Assembly (NCBI RefSeq): GCF_000217995.1
Contig: NC_015676.1
Span: 1,345,708-1,409,707 of the forward strand
Source: Methanosalsum zhilinae DSM 4017
Lineage (GTDB): Archaea; Halobacteriota; Methanosarcinia; Methanosarcinales; Methanosarcinaceae
DNA length: 64,000 nucleotides
Reading direction: 5' to 3'
The translations under genes were made by a program, and so were the position numbers. The notes under the pieces were generated by a model. It was not told where the DNA came from, did no database searches, and saw nothing but the letters and a program-made list of their open reading frames with translations. This document shows, one piece after another, positions 49,294 through 58,836 of the stretch; position 1 is the stretch's first letter; each line of letters starts with the position of its first letter.

Positions 49294-51381
49294 ATGAAAC
49301 GCTCTATCCTGATATATAGAGAAGAAAATATTGAGATCTCAAATGCAGAAATAGAGTTAGTCAGACAAGTCTATCGAAATATTCGAAAGAATAGAAGAGC
49401 TGGGTTGATAATAGATTTTAGTGAAGATAACAATTTGTTGTTAAGGCTGATAGTTTCTGAACTTATGTATAAATATTATGAGTTAAAAACGCCATTTGCA
49501 TTTATTACAGATAGTACAGGAAAGCGATTTGTGAATGAATCCTTAAAAGAACTTAGAACTAAAAGAGATAGTTCTAGTCTTTATAGACTACTAATTCAAA
49601 ATCCTATCAAACAAAACAAAGTGTTCGACATAAACAGAGATACTAAAAATCTAAAAATATTTAACTATTTTATATTTTTTAGAGTTCCTAATATTTTTGA
49701 GTCTCTAAATGAATTTTATGGTCATAAAGTTTTGATTTTAACTAAAAGAGACAAAAATAAAGTTGGTGACAGAATAAAATCCATTGTGTCAGACTTAAAA
49801 CACAGTGGTTGGGCTTACCTGGAAGTAAGTGTTAAAAATAAAAATAAAAGACAGATTGAGAAAGATGATGTTAAAATTAGTTTAATAGATGATCACGATT
49901 TAAGCTCCTTGCTAAAAGAAATACTGGACGCACTTTCGAATTCTAATGGGTCAACTAATGATATAGAGGCACTAATAAATTTCTACTTTACTTTACCAAT
50001 AAAGCTCAAAAGCTATAACGAGTTGCAGTATGAACATACTCATAATAGCAATTTAGAACAATTGCCTAGTGAACAAATAGCAAAAAATAATAAATTGTGT
50101 CCACGAGACTCATTGATGTTTAACCTTCTATTTCAAAAAATGGAAAACCATCTATTAGATACAAATTTAAAATTTAATCATGTTCTACTAAGAGCAAAAG
50201 CTTTAAATGAGCTAGGTAAAACTGTTTCGCTTTTACTTCCCAATAGAAACTATTCAGAAATGTTTAGTGAGGTTATTGCAGATACGGACTATAAAAATAT
50301 AATTGAAGCCGACAATATTTGGTATCCTGAGCTGATATCCCGAGATGTATTGATGGATGAAATCATAATTGATACGATCATGATTCCTTTTGTTCCTTCT
50401 AATACCGTATTAGATGATGTGTTAACCATTGCAGAAGACGTGATTTTTGTACTTTATCCTGAAGAAGTTCTCATTCTGGAACATTTTACTAATATGTCTC
50501 AAGATGATAATATAATGCACGATTCAACAGAGTTCAATTCAAATCTTAAAATTAACCAAAGGGGCTGTAGTTCTACTAAAACTTCTAAATTTACAGATTT
50601 AAAAAAATATATGAATAACAACTTTAGAGATTTTAAAAGGGGTTTTCATTACACTTCATATAGTGGATTTTTGCGAAGTCTCGATGCTGATGACGACATT
50701 GAAGAAGTATCAGACTTGGATGATATGAATAGGTCAATTAATTATAAAATTATTTGTGCTGAAGGAAATATTATAGAATCTTCAAGCTTAGAACATGTTA
50801 TTCTTTTCGAAAAAGGTTTTTATTCCCCAATTTATGCTAGTAAACTAAAGAAGAACCAAGAGTTTATAGTTATTAGTTCAGAGACTAAATTAAAGTATCT
50901 AGAGAGAGAAATTGAAAGTCACCGTAATAATAGACTACTATCAAATATGGAATATGAAAGTTTGATAGGTTATATTGCAGAATGGAAAAGTGCACTTAAA
51001 TCTGTATTAAAAGAATATGAATTAAAGGAGATTTATAGTAAATTAAACCATGATGGTTATAGATATAACTATGTAACTATCAAAAACTGGTTTAAAGGAC
51101 TTGAAAATGACCCTAAAAAATCTGCAATAAACTCAATACTTAATACTAATACTAATATAGGTCCACGAGATGAAGAAACTATTAAAATTTTTGGGGAAAT
51201 TTTTGATTTACCTCAATTGATTCAAAACTATCGGTTTATTAGTGCTTCTATGAAACATTTTAGAACAAACAATCGCATTGCTGGAAGGAGAGCAATGAAA
51301 AATATAGTTATGGATCTCAAACAAGGAAACCTTGAGTTACCAAAACATAAAGTAAAAAAGATAACTTCTAAAGAACAATAA
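49294..51381 (+). CDS. Hypothetical 695-aa protein, divergent from the giant helicase
   Basis: This long, Lys/Asn-rich ORF has no recognisable catalytic motif. Its start is 129 bp from the start of the 2004-aa gene. Confidence 0.4.
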   Translation: MKRSILIYREENIEISNAEIELVRQVYRNIRKNRRAGLIIDFSEDNNLLLRLIVSELMYKYYELKTPFAFITDSTGKRFVNESLKELRTKRDSSSLYRLLIQNPIKQNKVFDINRDTKNLKIFNYFIFFRVPNIFESLNEFYGHKVLILTKRDKNKVGDRIKSIVSDLKHSGWAYLEVSVKNKNKRQIEKDDVKISLIDDHDLSSLLKEILDALSNSNGSTNDIEALINFYFTLPIKLKSYNELQYEHTHNSNLEQLPSEQIAKNNKLCPRDSLMFNLLFQKMENHLLDTNLKFNHVLLRAKALNELGKTVSLLLPNRNYSEMFSEVIADTDYKNIIEADNIWYPELISRDVLMDEIIIDTIMIPFVPSNTVLDDVLTIAEDVIFVLYPEEVLILEHFTNMSQDDNIMHDSTEFNSNLKINQRGCSSTKTSKFTDLKKYMNNNFRDFKRGFHYTSYSGFLRSLDADDDIEEVSDLDDMNRSINYKIICAEGNIIESSSLEHVILFEKGFYSPIYASKLKKNQEFIVISSETKLKYLEREIESHRNNRLLSNMEYESLIGYIAEWKSALKSVLKEYELKEIYSKLNHDGYRYNYVTIKNWFKGLENDPKKSAINSILNTNTNIGPRDEETIKIFGEIFDLPQLIQNYRFISASMKHFRTNNRIAGRRAMKNIVMDLKQGNLELPKHKVKKITSKEQ

Positions 51382-51388
51382 AAAAATA

Positions 51389-52389
51389 GGCTCTGTAGAA
51401 ATCTTATGTAAATAATAATTGTAAATGAGTTATACTTTTCGATATTATGTGTTAAATCTTACATTTACTTCCTTTACCTGGTTTCTGTACTTTCTTGACT
51501 TAATTTCTTCACCACATTTTCTTTTCAGAACGGAGAACATTGTTTCTACCAGGTTTCTCGAATGGTAGAGTTTCTCATCAAACTCTTCAACCATTTTCCT
51601 ACGGTATTTGCCATTTATTTTCTTTCTTTTCCTCTGTCTTACAGGGATAAGAGGACTTGAATTCATGTTCTCTCGTTTGAGAACATGAATTTGTTCAGAG
51701 TCATACCCTTTATCCAGGACATCGTATTCTGAATGACGAAGTCTATGGCATTGCTTCAGCAATGTTTGTGCGTGTTTCGTATCGTGTACAGGTTTACTTG
51801 AGACCTTAAACCCAGTAACAATAAATTTTTCAACATCAATTGCTATACTTGTTTTTAGATATGATCTCCTTTTCTTTCCAGTCCTCATTGAATAATTGTA
51901 ACTACAATGTCCACCCGTAAATCCACTTGAATCAATAGCAGTGAGATATATTCTTTCACCATGATAATAAAAGAGTTTTAGAGTTTGTTTCAATATGCTG
52001 TTAAAATATACTGATGGTATTCTACTCATGAATTTTTGTAATGTTGTAAAATGTGGTACCTGTTTTATTCCAAGTTTATTCTGTACTTTATCCATTAATT
52101 CAATGAGTTCAACGAAGTTTCTATAGTCCTCATTTAAGTATTCTTTTAGTAAAACCAGTGTCATTAACTGGTGCTGAGTATATTTTCACTTAGAATACTT
52201 ACTGCTATACAATGGAAGATGAGATATTCCTGAGACAGCAATGGCTGTATCATAAAGTTTAAGTATTTTCTTGACAAAAATATTCATCCCCCTGTTGTTT
52301 TTGTTTGTTTACCAAAAAAACACAGGGGACTTATCCTTTTTATAACATTAGGTTGAAGTGGTAATAGAAAATAGGATTTCTACATAGCC
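51389..52389. mobile_element. IS5/IS4-family insertion sequence (~1.0 kb) with 15-bp terminal inverted repeats
   Basis: The left end GGCTCTGTAGAAATC (51389-51403) and the right end GATTTCTACATAGCC (52375-52389) match as inverted repeats at 14 of 15 positions. Between them lies a DDE transposase ORF. Confidence 0.6.
51445..52164 (-). CDS. IS4/IS5-family DDE transposase
   Basis: The 239-aa product has DDE_Tnp_1-like motifs (AIDSSGF; DKGYDS; ETMFSVLKRK). Confidence 0.7.
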   Translation of the reverse strand: MTLVLLKEYLNEDYRNFVELIELMDKVQNKLGIKQVPHFTTLQKFMSRIPSVYFNSILKQTLKLFYYHGERIYLTAIDSSGFTGGHCSYNYSMRTGKKRRSYLKTSIAIDVEKFIVTGFKVSSKPVHDTKHAQTLLKQCHRLRHSEYDVLDKGYDSEQIHVLKRENMNSSPLIPVRQRKRKKINGKYRRKMVEEFDEKLYHSRNLVETMFSVLKRKCGEEIKSRKYRNQVKEVNVRFNT

Positions 52390-52568
52390 GACTTTTCATC
52401 CCTTTAAAATATAAATGGAACATATTCTATGGTTCCGGCTTTTCTTTTCAATCAATATCTGGTTTACAATAAACCAACAAAAAATTACTCAGGGTCATAT
52501 TTTGAAGATTAACTTGAGACTTCATATTATCTTAATAATTGTTGTATTAACCCTGTTTTTTGATAACT

Positions 52569-52979
52569 CTAAGAAAGCTTGCTCCTAGCTGCCTTATACT
52601 TCTCTATCCTGAGTTTATCTTCAGGTGTAGGGTCTGGAATCCGAGATAAAACCAGGTTATCTTCAATATCTGCTAGCTTCACCCTACAAGCGATATAATT
52701 TTGCGAAATTCTGTCAATGAACAGGCTATAATCTTCCCCTTCTTTTTTTGTTAGATGAGTAAGCACTTCAATCACTTCTTCTGAAAAGCCTTCATCTTTA
52801 AGTTCTTTAAACGTTATTGATGAATCTTCCACAACATCATGTAACACTGCACATATTCTCTCAATATCTGTATTCATCTTCATCATGATTCTTAGAGGAT
52901 GAAGGATGTAAGGCTCCCCGCCTTTATCTCTCTGCCCATAATGTGCTTTGCAAGCAATTAATATAGCCTTATTCAACAA
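52569..52979 (-). CDS. HD-domain protein resembling the RelA/SpoT (p)ppGpp hydrolase domain (small alarmone hydrolase-like)
   Basis: The N-terminal motif AHYGQRDKGGEPYILHPLRI matches the SpoT-hydrolase A-H-x-G-Q-x-R-K-x-G-x-PY-x-x-HP signature. An HD dyad (LHDVVED) and a downstream KLADIEDN follow. Confidence 0.6.
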   Translation of the reverse strand: MLNKAILIACKAHYGQRDKGGEPYILHPLRIMMKMNTDIERICAVLHDVVEDSSITFKELKDEGFSEEVIEVLTHLTKKEGEDYSLFIDRISQNYIACRVKLADIEDNLVLSRIPDPTPEDKLRIEKYKAARSKLS

Positions 52980-53159
52980 TACAGATTCCTCTTTGTAGTA
53001 AGTCTATTTTGCTTTCATTCTACTTATTATTGCCTTTAGTATTGTAACTCTATAGAAATTGTCATCTGAATAATAGTTGCAAACGAGTTATACTTTTTAG
53101 GTATTTAATGTCTTAGATTTAACTTCCTTTATCTTATTTATAAAAAATCTAATTAATTC

Positions 53160-53912
53160 TCACTTTAATTGCAAAAAAATTTCATCCAGACCATAAGTAA
53201 TTACATTTATTCGGTTTGACTTATTTGAGATGTAATCAACTGATATCATAGATAACTGAAATGGAAAAAGTGCAGGTGAACTTGTTATCATTTTAAAACA
53301 TCCTTTATTTTCTGGTATTGCATACAATACTGACTCTACAAGCAAAACAACAATTTCATCATCGTGTACGTTTAGTTGATTTGCTTTTACATAACATCCT
53401 TTACATTCTGAATCCTTTAAAATACCCCATTCTACGAGAGAACGAATCACATATCTGGCATACCTGCTAATAGTTTGTCTATCACCATATTGCTCTTTGA
53501 GTCTGTTGGTTATCTGATGTAGAGTAATCTGATCTTGAAGGTTCAAAAGTCTCCCCACCTGCAAAGATACGTTATACCAAAAAGGATAAGCTGCACAAAT
53601 CATTGCCCAGTGTATTGCAAGAGATTCAGAAGGATATTTGCGTAGCTGCTCTAAGGCAGAATCCCGTAAACCTAAAAGCTCAGGTTCAGGAGATACCCAG
53701 GTTTTCATTAGATTGGCAACGACAAATTTGCATGTGTTCTTACTTCGTTGATCTTCAGAACCACCGCATCTATAATGCATTAGATACTCATTAAACTCTG
53801 AACGTATTGATTTCTCATCCATTCCTGCAAGAAGCATACTAGCTGTTTTTTCCATCCATTCATAACGAATAACCTGCTTTATTCCAATGGAATCATACCT
53901 TTTACTCATCAA
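53160..53912 (-). CDS. Hypothetical protein, terminal gene of the defence operon (BrxA-like by position only)
   Basis: This 250-aa ORF overlaps the stop of the PglZ gene by 4 nt. It has no motif I can assign. Confidence 0.3.
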   Translation of the reverse strand: MMSKRYDSIGIKQVIRYEWMEKTASMLLAGMDEKSIRSEFNEYLMHYRCGGSEDQRSKNTCKFVVANLMKTWVSPEPELLGLRDSALEQLRKYPSESLAIHWAMICAAYPFWYNVSLQVGRLLNLQDQITLHQITNRLKEQYGDRQTISRYARYVIRSLVEWGILKDSECKGCYVKANQLNVHDDEIVVLLVESVLYAIPENKGCFKMITSSPALFPFQLSMISVDYISNKSNRINVITYGLDEIFLQLK

Positions 53913-55909
53913 CGACTCCTCTTTTCAAATTTTACCAAAGGAACAATTACTTCTTCCATTGAAATTCCACCGTGACCAACTATAGTTTCTCCTTCCTTGA
54001 CAAATGCATCGTCTCCCTCAGTTACCAACGGGAAATAACCAGGTGGTAAGCCTATAGGATTCCATTTTATTGCAAATGGTAATGTTTTGGCAACTGAATC
54101 TCTAAGTTCCAAAGTAGGATAAATCCTTGCTCTCTCGCCACGATTTTCGGCTATAGATCCTTCAAATGAACGTCCTTTTCCATTACATTCTATATTGCCA
54201 TGATCTGATGTTAACCATACTTGATAATTGTTATCTAAGAGGTATTCAATTAGAGAAAAAAGAAAACCTCCTTCGCACCATTGTTTAATCTGATTGTGCA
54301 TTCCAGAAGCACCGAGTTGCATACCATGCATAATCTTGTCGACCTTGTCAACGACCAAACCAATGACCTTTGTTTGGTTTAGATTGAAACTATCATCAAG
54401 AATCTCGCAAACATTACCATCTCCCAAGCTACGCTGATAAGCAATTTTCTGACGTGATACACCATTGTCTTCCCAGAACTGGCGCCACAGGTTTCCTTCA
54501 TTGTTTGTTGTGTTAATTGATTTTGGATAGGAAATAGGTGTTCTTCCCGAGAAAACTGCCTGTCTTGATACGGAAGTCAATGTAGGTATCCAGGCAAAAG
54601 TTGCTGATTCTTTCATAACCAAATTAGGATCTTGTTCATGGAGAACTTTTTTTATAGTGACCCACTGGTCAAGAGATAGACCATCAACAACAACAAGAGC
54701 CAAACTCATGTTTTTTTCAGATTCAAGTTCCCTAACCATTCGGCGAGGAACATGATGAAGCATTGCAGGATTTGTTGGAGGAAGATTAATCAGACCAGCA
54801 TAGCGTTCAAGCATCCAGTTTGTGAACTTATTGTTGACTAAAGTACTGATCTGCTTGAATCGTTCCAATTCATTAACTTGATTGGTTGTGTGAATAAGTG
54901 CTCTTAATTCTGCCCATTTCATTGCGAAGTCGATCCATTCTGAATAAAGTGACTCTGGAACGGGAATTTCATTTTCGATAATCTCAAGAAGACCATTAAT
55001 ACGAATGTTAGGATCATTGTCATTTGTTTCAGATACACCGCTTTTTATCCAGGGATTTGTTTCTATATTTGTGCCAGATTTTTGAACTGGAATGAGCTTG
55101 CCTTCAACAAAAAGATTGTCAATGTAAACACGGATGTCCTCATGATCAAATGGTAATGTGGTTGGTCCTCCATATTTCAGATTGTAAGCTGATGTTTCTT
55201 TAATGATATGGTTTCCGTGAGCCAGCACATCAAGGAATGGGGGCCAACGTTCTTGTAGAAACGCAAAAAAGGCTCCATCATCGGAGACGATAATTTCAAG
55301 TGGCCAATCATTAAAACGACTGTTACCTTTTAAGATTTGAACCAGTCGACCAGACAAGATTGGCGGTAGTTTAAGCTTATTGTAATGAATCCTAAGCAGT
55401 GTACGAAGTAGTTCAACATCGTTGGTGATAAGATATGGTACAATACCAAAAACATATTGGATTACAAAATCCTTGGTGTCATTATTACCTAGTTTACGTG
55501 GAGAATATTTGTTTTGAGCAGCAAATAATTCGTCCAGGAAACTGCTATCAAGTTTCTCAATTATAGAATAACTTAGATTGGGGAAAATATTACCAAGGGT
55601 AAATTTCAATATTCTTCCAGCTTTGAGGAGATCATAAGGCAGGGCATCCCACTGGGAGTTACACACACGAATCACAACTGTCTGTTTGGTCTGTTGTCCC
55701 TGGTCCCATAGAGTTCTGTATCCTGATTCATAGGCATACCTGAATTCAACAGAGTCTTTGAAATCAATAAGATCAAAACCACGGTTTTTGAGTTCAAGCG
55801 AGAGTTTTTCTTCGGTCAGCAGGTCATCAGGATCGATTACAATGATGACTTTGCTTATATTTGGCACAAACTCGTTAAGTATACTATCTCTCCAAGTACA
55901 TGGACTCAT
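53909..55909 (-). CDS. PglZ-domain protein (alkaline-phosphatase superfamily; BREX PglZ-like)
   Basis: The C-terminal domain has LALVVVDGLSLDQW and WLTSDHGN motifs (a PglZ-type TADHG-like metal-binding site). The gene is coupled to the SNF2 helicase gene. Confidence 0.55.
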   Translation of the reverse strand: MSPCTWRDSILNEFVPNISKVIIVIDPDDLLTEEKLSLELKNRGFDLIDFKDSVEFRYAYESGYRTLWDQGQQTKQTVVIRVCNSQWDALPYDLLKAGRILKFTLGNIFPNLSYSIIEKLDSSFLDELFAAQNKYSPRKLGNNDTKDFVIQYVFGIVPYLITNDVELLRTLLRIHYNKLKLPPILSGRLVQILKGNSRFNDWPLEIIVSDDGAFFAFLQERWPPFLDVLAHGNHIIKETSAYNLKYGGPTTLPFDHEDIRVYIDNLFVEGKLIPVQKSGTNIETNPWIKSGVSETNDNDPNIRINGLLEIIENEIPVPESLYSEWIDFAMKWAELRALIHTTNQVNELERFKQISTLVNNKFTNWMLERYAGLINLPPTNPAMLHHVPRRMVRELESEKNMSLALVVVDGLSLDQWVTIKKVLHEQDPNLVMKESATFAWIPTLTSVSRQAVFSGRTPISYPKSINTTNNEGNLWRQFWEDNGVSRQKIAYQRSLGDGNVCEILDDSFNLNQTKVIGLVVDKVDKIMHGMQLGASGMHNQIKQWCEGGFLFSLIEYLLDNNYQVWLTSDHGNIECNGKGRSFEGSIAENRGERARIYPTLELRDSVAKTLPFAIKWNPIGLPPGYFPLVTEGDDAFVKEGETIVGHGGISMEEVIVPLVKFEKRSR

Positions 55910-58836
55910 CAGTCTCTCCTTTGTATTTGCATTAGCAAAAGTGGTTTTATATCTGGTACTGTCTCTTTTGCAATTTCAAGTTCTTTTTTCCATACGTTCT
56001 CTTCGGAAATACATTTATCTAAACGATATTGACGAACCTCGGGGAGACCAAGACGTCCTATGGCTTTTCTCCGTGCTTCAAATGCATGATGACCTCTTAT
56101 TTCTTCATGTTCAATTGCAGAGCTATGTTCTTGCTTAAGGGTATTAAATAATGCCTGCCCAGCAGATTCAGCAGCATTGGTAACTTTATCATATGCATCA
56201 ATGGATGCTTTGTGGTCAAGAGAATGTAAAATCTTTAGCTCTGCTGTCTGCATGATGTCCCATATATGGCGGGCAGTTGGAAGGAATATATTCCCTTCGT
56301 CGGATACAAAGACACTGAGATATCGTCTCCTTATTTGTGGAATAGTCATAGTATGGTTGCTATTGTATGTGCCCGATACTATACGAATCTCGAACAATCC
56401 CCAAAAGCCAGATATCTTGGATGATAATTCATCTATAGATACGCATGGAATTGGCTGCCCGGAAGCAATCATTGGTAGGTTAAGTGCAAGTCCTCTTATC
56501 TTGTTATCTTCCAGATTAAGTAACACGACATCATCTTTAAGTTGCGATCGATGTGAATTGAAGGTGCAATTCATAGGAACTTTACTGTCAGGCCACATAA
56601 GGTCCCATGATTCTCTTTTACGTATTGCATGACCGCCGTGGGATTTAATATAACCTACTGTCATACGTTCGACCCAATAGGGAAGTGGATGTGATCGTAG
56701 ACGATCTGCAGTTTGCAGGTCAGGTTCTTCCGAAATACCAAAGATCGGTGATGATTCACGAATCTCATGGATCTCTTCTCTAATCTTGGATACTGTATTA
56801 TCAACTGAAGCTTCAACATTATCAGGATCAAGAATTGCAGAAGCAAAAATACCTTCGAATAATTCCCCAGCCTGAGCGGAGTCAAGTACATCTCCTGTTT
56901 TGTCGATTCCAAATTCATTAAGGATTATTGAAAGTTTCTGTTCGAGAACTTCTCGGACCCTGAATTCTATAGATTCCTGGAAAAGGAAGTTTATTGCTCT
57001 TACAACTTTGGCCTGACCGATACGATCAACACGACCTATACGTTGTTCCAGTCTCATTGGGTTCCATGGGATATCATAGTTTATGACAACATGACAGAAC
57101 TGAAGGTTCAGGCCTTCACCACCTGCATCAGTAGAAATGAGTACACGTACTTTGTCACAGAAATCATCCTGGGCCTTTTTTCGTTCGTCCATATCCATGA
57201 AGCCATTAAGTGTTACTACAGAAATACCTCGGGCTTCAAGGAATTCTTTAAGCATCTGTTGGGTTGGAACGAATTCGGTGAATATCAGTAATTTGAGGTC
57301 TGCTTCATTCTCTTCTGCCTGGAGCTGATAGATCCATTCTATCAGTGATTCTGCTTTGGCATCAGGTGCTTGCTGCTCACATTGGTAAGCCGTTTCAAGA
57401 AGGTTTTCCACCTGGATCCTTTCGTTCTGCATGGCAGAAATACGGGATTTAAGAAGCTCATCGAGCAGTTCCTGTCCATCCATCTCATAAAGTTCATCAA
57501 CTTCATCACCAGAATCTGTAATCTCTTCCAGACGCTGGGAAGTTCGAATTTCTATGTCTTTGAGAACTTCAAGCCTACGTTCCAGTGTAGTGCGAATGGC
57601 CCTTGTACTTGAAACCACAAGTCTCTGCATGAGTATCATCAGAAAGCCAATGTGCTGCTTCTTTTCCCTTAGTGCCTGATTGTACCCTTCACGGACGTAT
57701 TTTGTTACTTCCTCATAGAGCATTTGCTGTGATCTGTGTCGTTCTTCCCATGTAACAGGTGCCATCTTTGTAACACGTGGTTTGAATAGTGGATTGCCAT
57801 CTCCATCAACTGCTCTACGTTTCTCTGTACGGATCACATAAGCTGCCACTCGTTCACGAGTAACGCTATCCATGTCAGGAAAGGTTTTGTCATCCAACAA
57901 GCTCATCAAACGATGAAATGCATCACTTTTACCCTGATGTGGGGTTGCTGAAAGCAATAGAAGATATGGTGCAGCCTCTGCAAGTCCTCTTCCAAGCTTG
58001 TATCTGGCAACCTGATCCGTACTGCCCCCTAGCCTGTGTGATTCATCAACCACGACCATATCCCACCCGGCAGTGATCAGATCTTCAAATCTGGAGCGGT
58101 TATACTCATCAATACGTTCCTGACTCCATCCCCTGCGTTTATCCATGGGCTTGACAGAGTCAAGGGATACTATCACCTGATCGAACATCCTCCATGGATT
58201 TGCATGCTGCAGTTCATCAGGTTCATCCAGGAACCGGAGCTTAGTACCCTGTGCCCAATAGCGAGAATGGTTACCACTGATTATTCTTTTTATCGTTGCA
58301 AGGTCTTCGCCGAAAACAAGCTGGAAATCCTCGTTGAAGTGCGTATGCATCTCGCTGACCCACTGAGTAGCCAGACCCTTCGGCGCAACAACCAGAATAC
58401 GACGAACCAAACCTCGTAATTTGAGCTCACGCATGATAAGTCCTGCTTCAATTGTCTTCCCCAGACCAACCTCATCAGCTAGCAGATAACGTACCTTATC
58501 TCCAGAAACAGCTCTTGAGAGAACACGTATCTGATGCGGAAGCGGAATGACATTTGATTCCATCGGAGCAAGAAGCACAGGCCCATCCGAATCATGTGAA
58601 CCGCCCTCCAGCACTTCAGCTACCTTTGCTGCTGCAGCAACATACGTAATTCGGTTTGCTTCGATCTCCGGCTGAATCTCTGCAGTCAATGGTCGCAGTG
58701 CTGACTGCGGAACCCTGACCACAGTATCCTGATTTGGAAGCCAGATACGGTAAACTATGTTTCCCCACAGGTTTTGTTCTTCGATTACTTTGCAGGGTGA
58801 GTTGTGGATGGTGGAGTATTGCCATTCTTTAATCAT
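55909..58836 (-). CDS. SNF2-family helicase (COG0553-type; BrxHII/DrmD-like)
   Basis: The product has SNF2_N motifs (LLADEVGLGKTIEAG; VVDESHRLGG), a helicase-C region (LISTDAGGEGLNLQ...QRIGRVDRIGQ) and a C-terminal extension. Confidence 0.8.
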   Translation of the reverse strand: MIKEWQYSTIHNSPCKVIEEQNLWGNIVYRIWLPNQDTVVRVPQSALRPLTAEIQPEIEANRITYVAAAAKVAEVLEGGSHDSDGPVLLAPMESNVIPLPHQIRVLSRAVSGDKVRYLLADEVGLGKTIEAGLIMRELKLRGLVRRILVVAPKGLATQWVSEMHTHFNEDFQLVFGEDLATIKRIISGNHSRYWAQGTKLRFLDEPDELQHANPWRMFDQVIVSLDSVKPMDKRRGWSQERIDEYNRSRFEDLITAGWDMVVVDESHRLGGSTDQVARYKLGRGLAEAAPYLLLLSATPHQGKSDAFHRLMSLLDDKTFPDMDSVTRERVAAYVIRTEKRRAVDGDGNPLFKPRVTKMAPVTWEERHRSQQMLYEEVTKYVREGYNQALREKKQHIGFLMILMQRLVVSSTRAIRTTLERRLEVLKDIEIRTSQRLEEITDSGDEVDELYEMDGQELLDELLKSRISAMQNERIQVENLLETAYQCEQQAPDAKAESLIEWIYQLQAEENEADLKLLIFTEFVPTQQMLKEFLEARGISVVTLNGFMDMDERKKAQDDFCDKVRVLISTDAGGEGLNLQFCHVVINYDIPWNPMRLEQRIGRVDRIGQAKVVRAINFLFQESIEFRVREVLEQKLSIILNEFGIDKTGDVLDSAQAGELFEGIFASAILDPDNVEASVDNTVSKIREEIHEIRESSPIFGISEEPDLQTADRLRSHPLPYWVERMTVGYIKSHGGHAIRKRESWDLMWPDSKVPMNCTFNSHRSQLKDDVVLLNLEDNKIRGLALNLPMIASGQPIPCVSIDELSSKISGFWGLFEIRIVSGTYNSNHTMTIPQIRRRYLSVFVSDEGNIFLPTARHIWDIMQTAELKILHSLDHKASIDAYDKVTNAAESAGQALFNTLKQEHSSAIEHEEIRGHHAFEARRKAIGRLGLPEVRQYRLDKCISEENVWKKELEIAKETVPDIKPLLLMQIQRRD

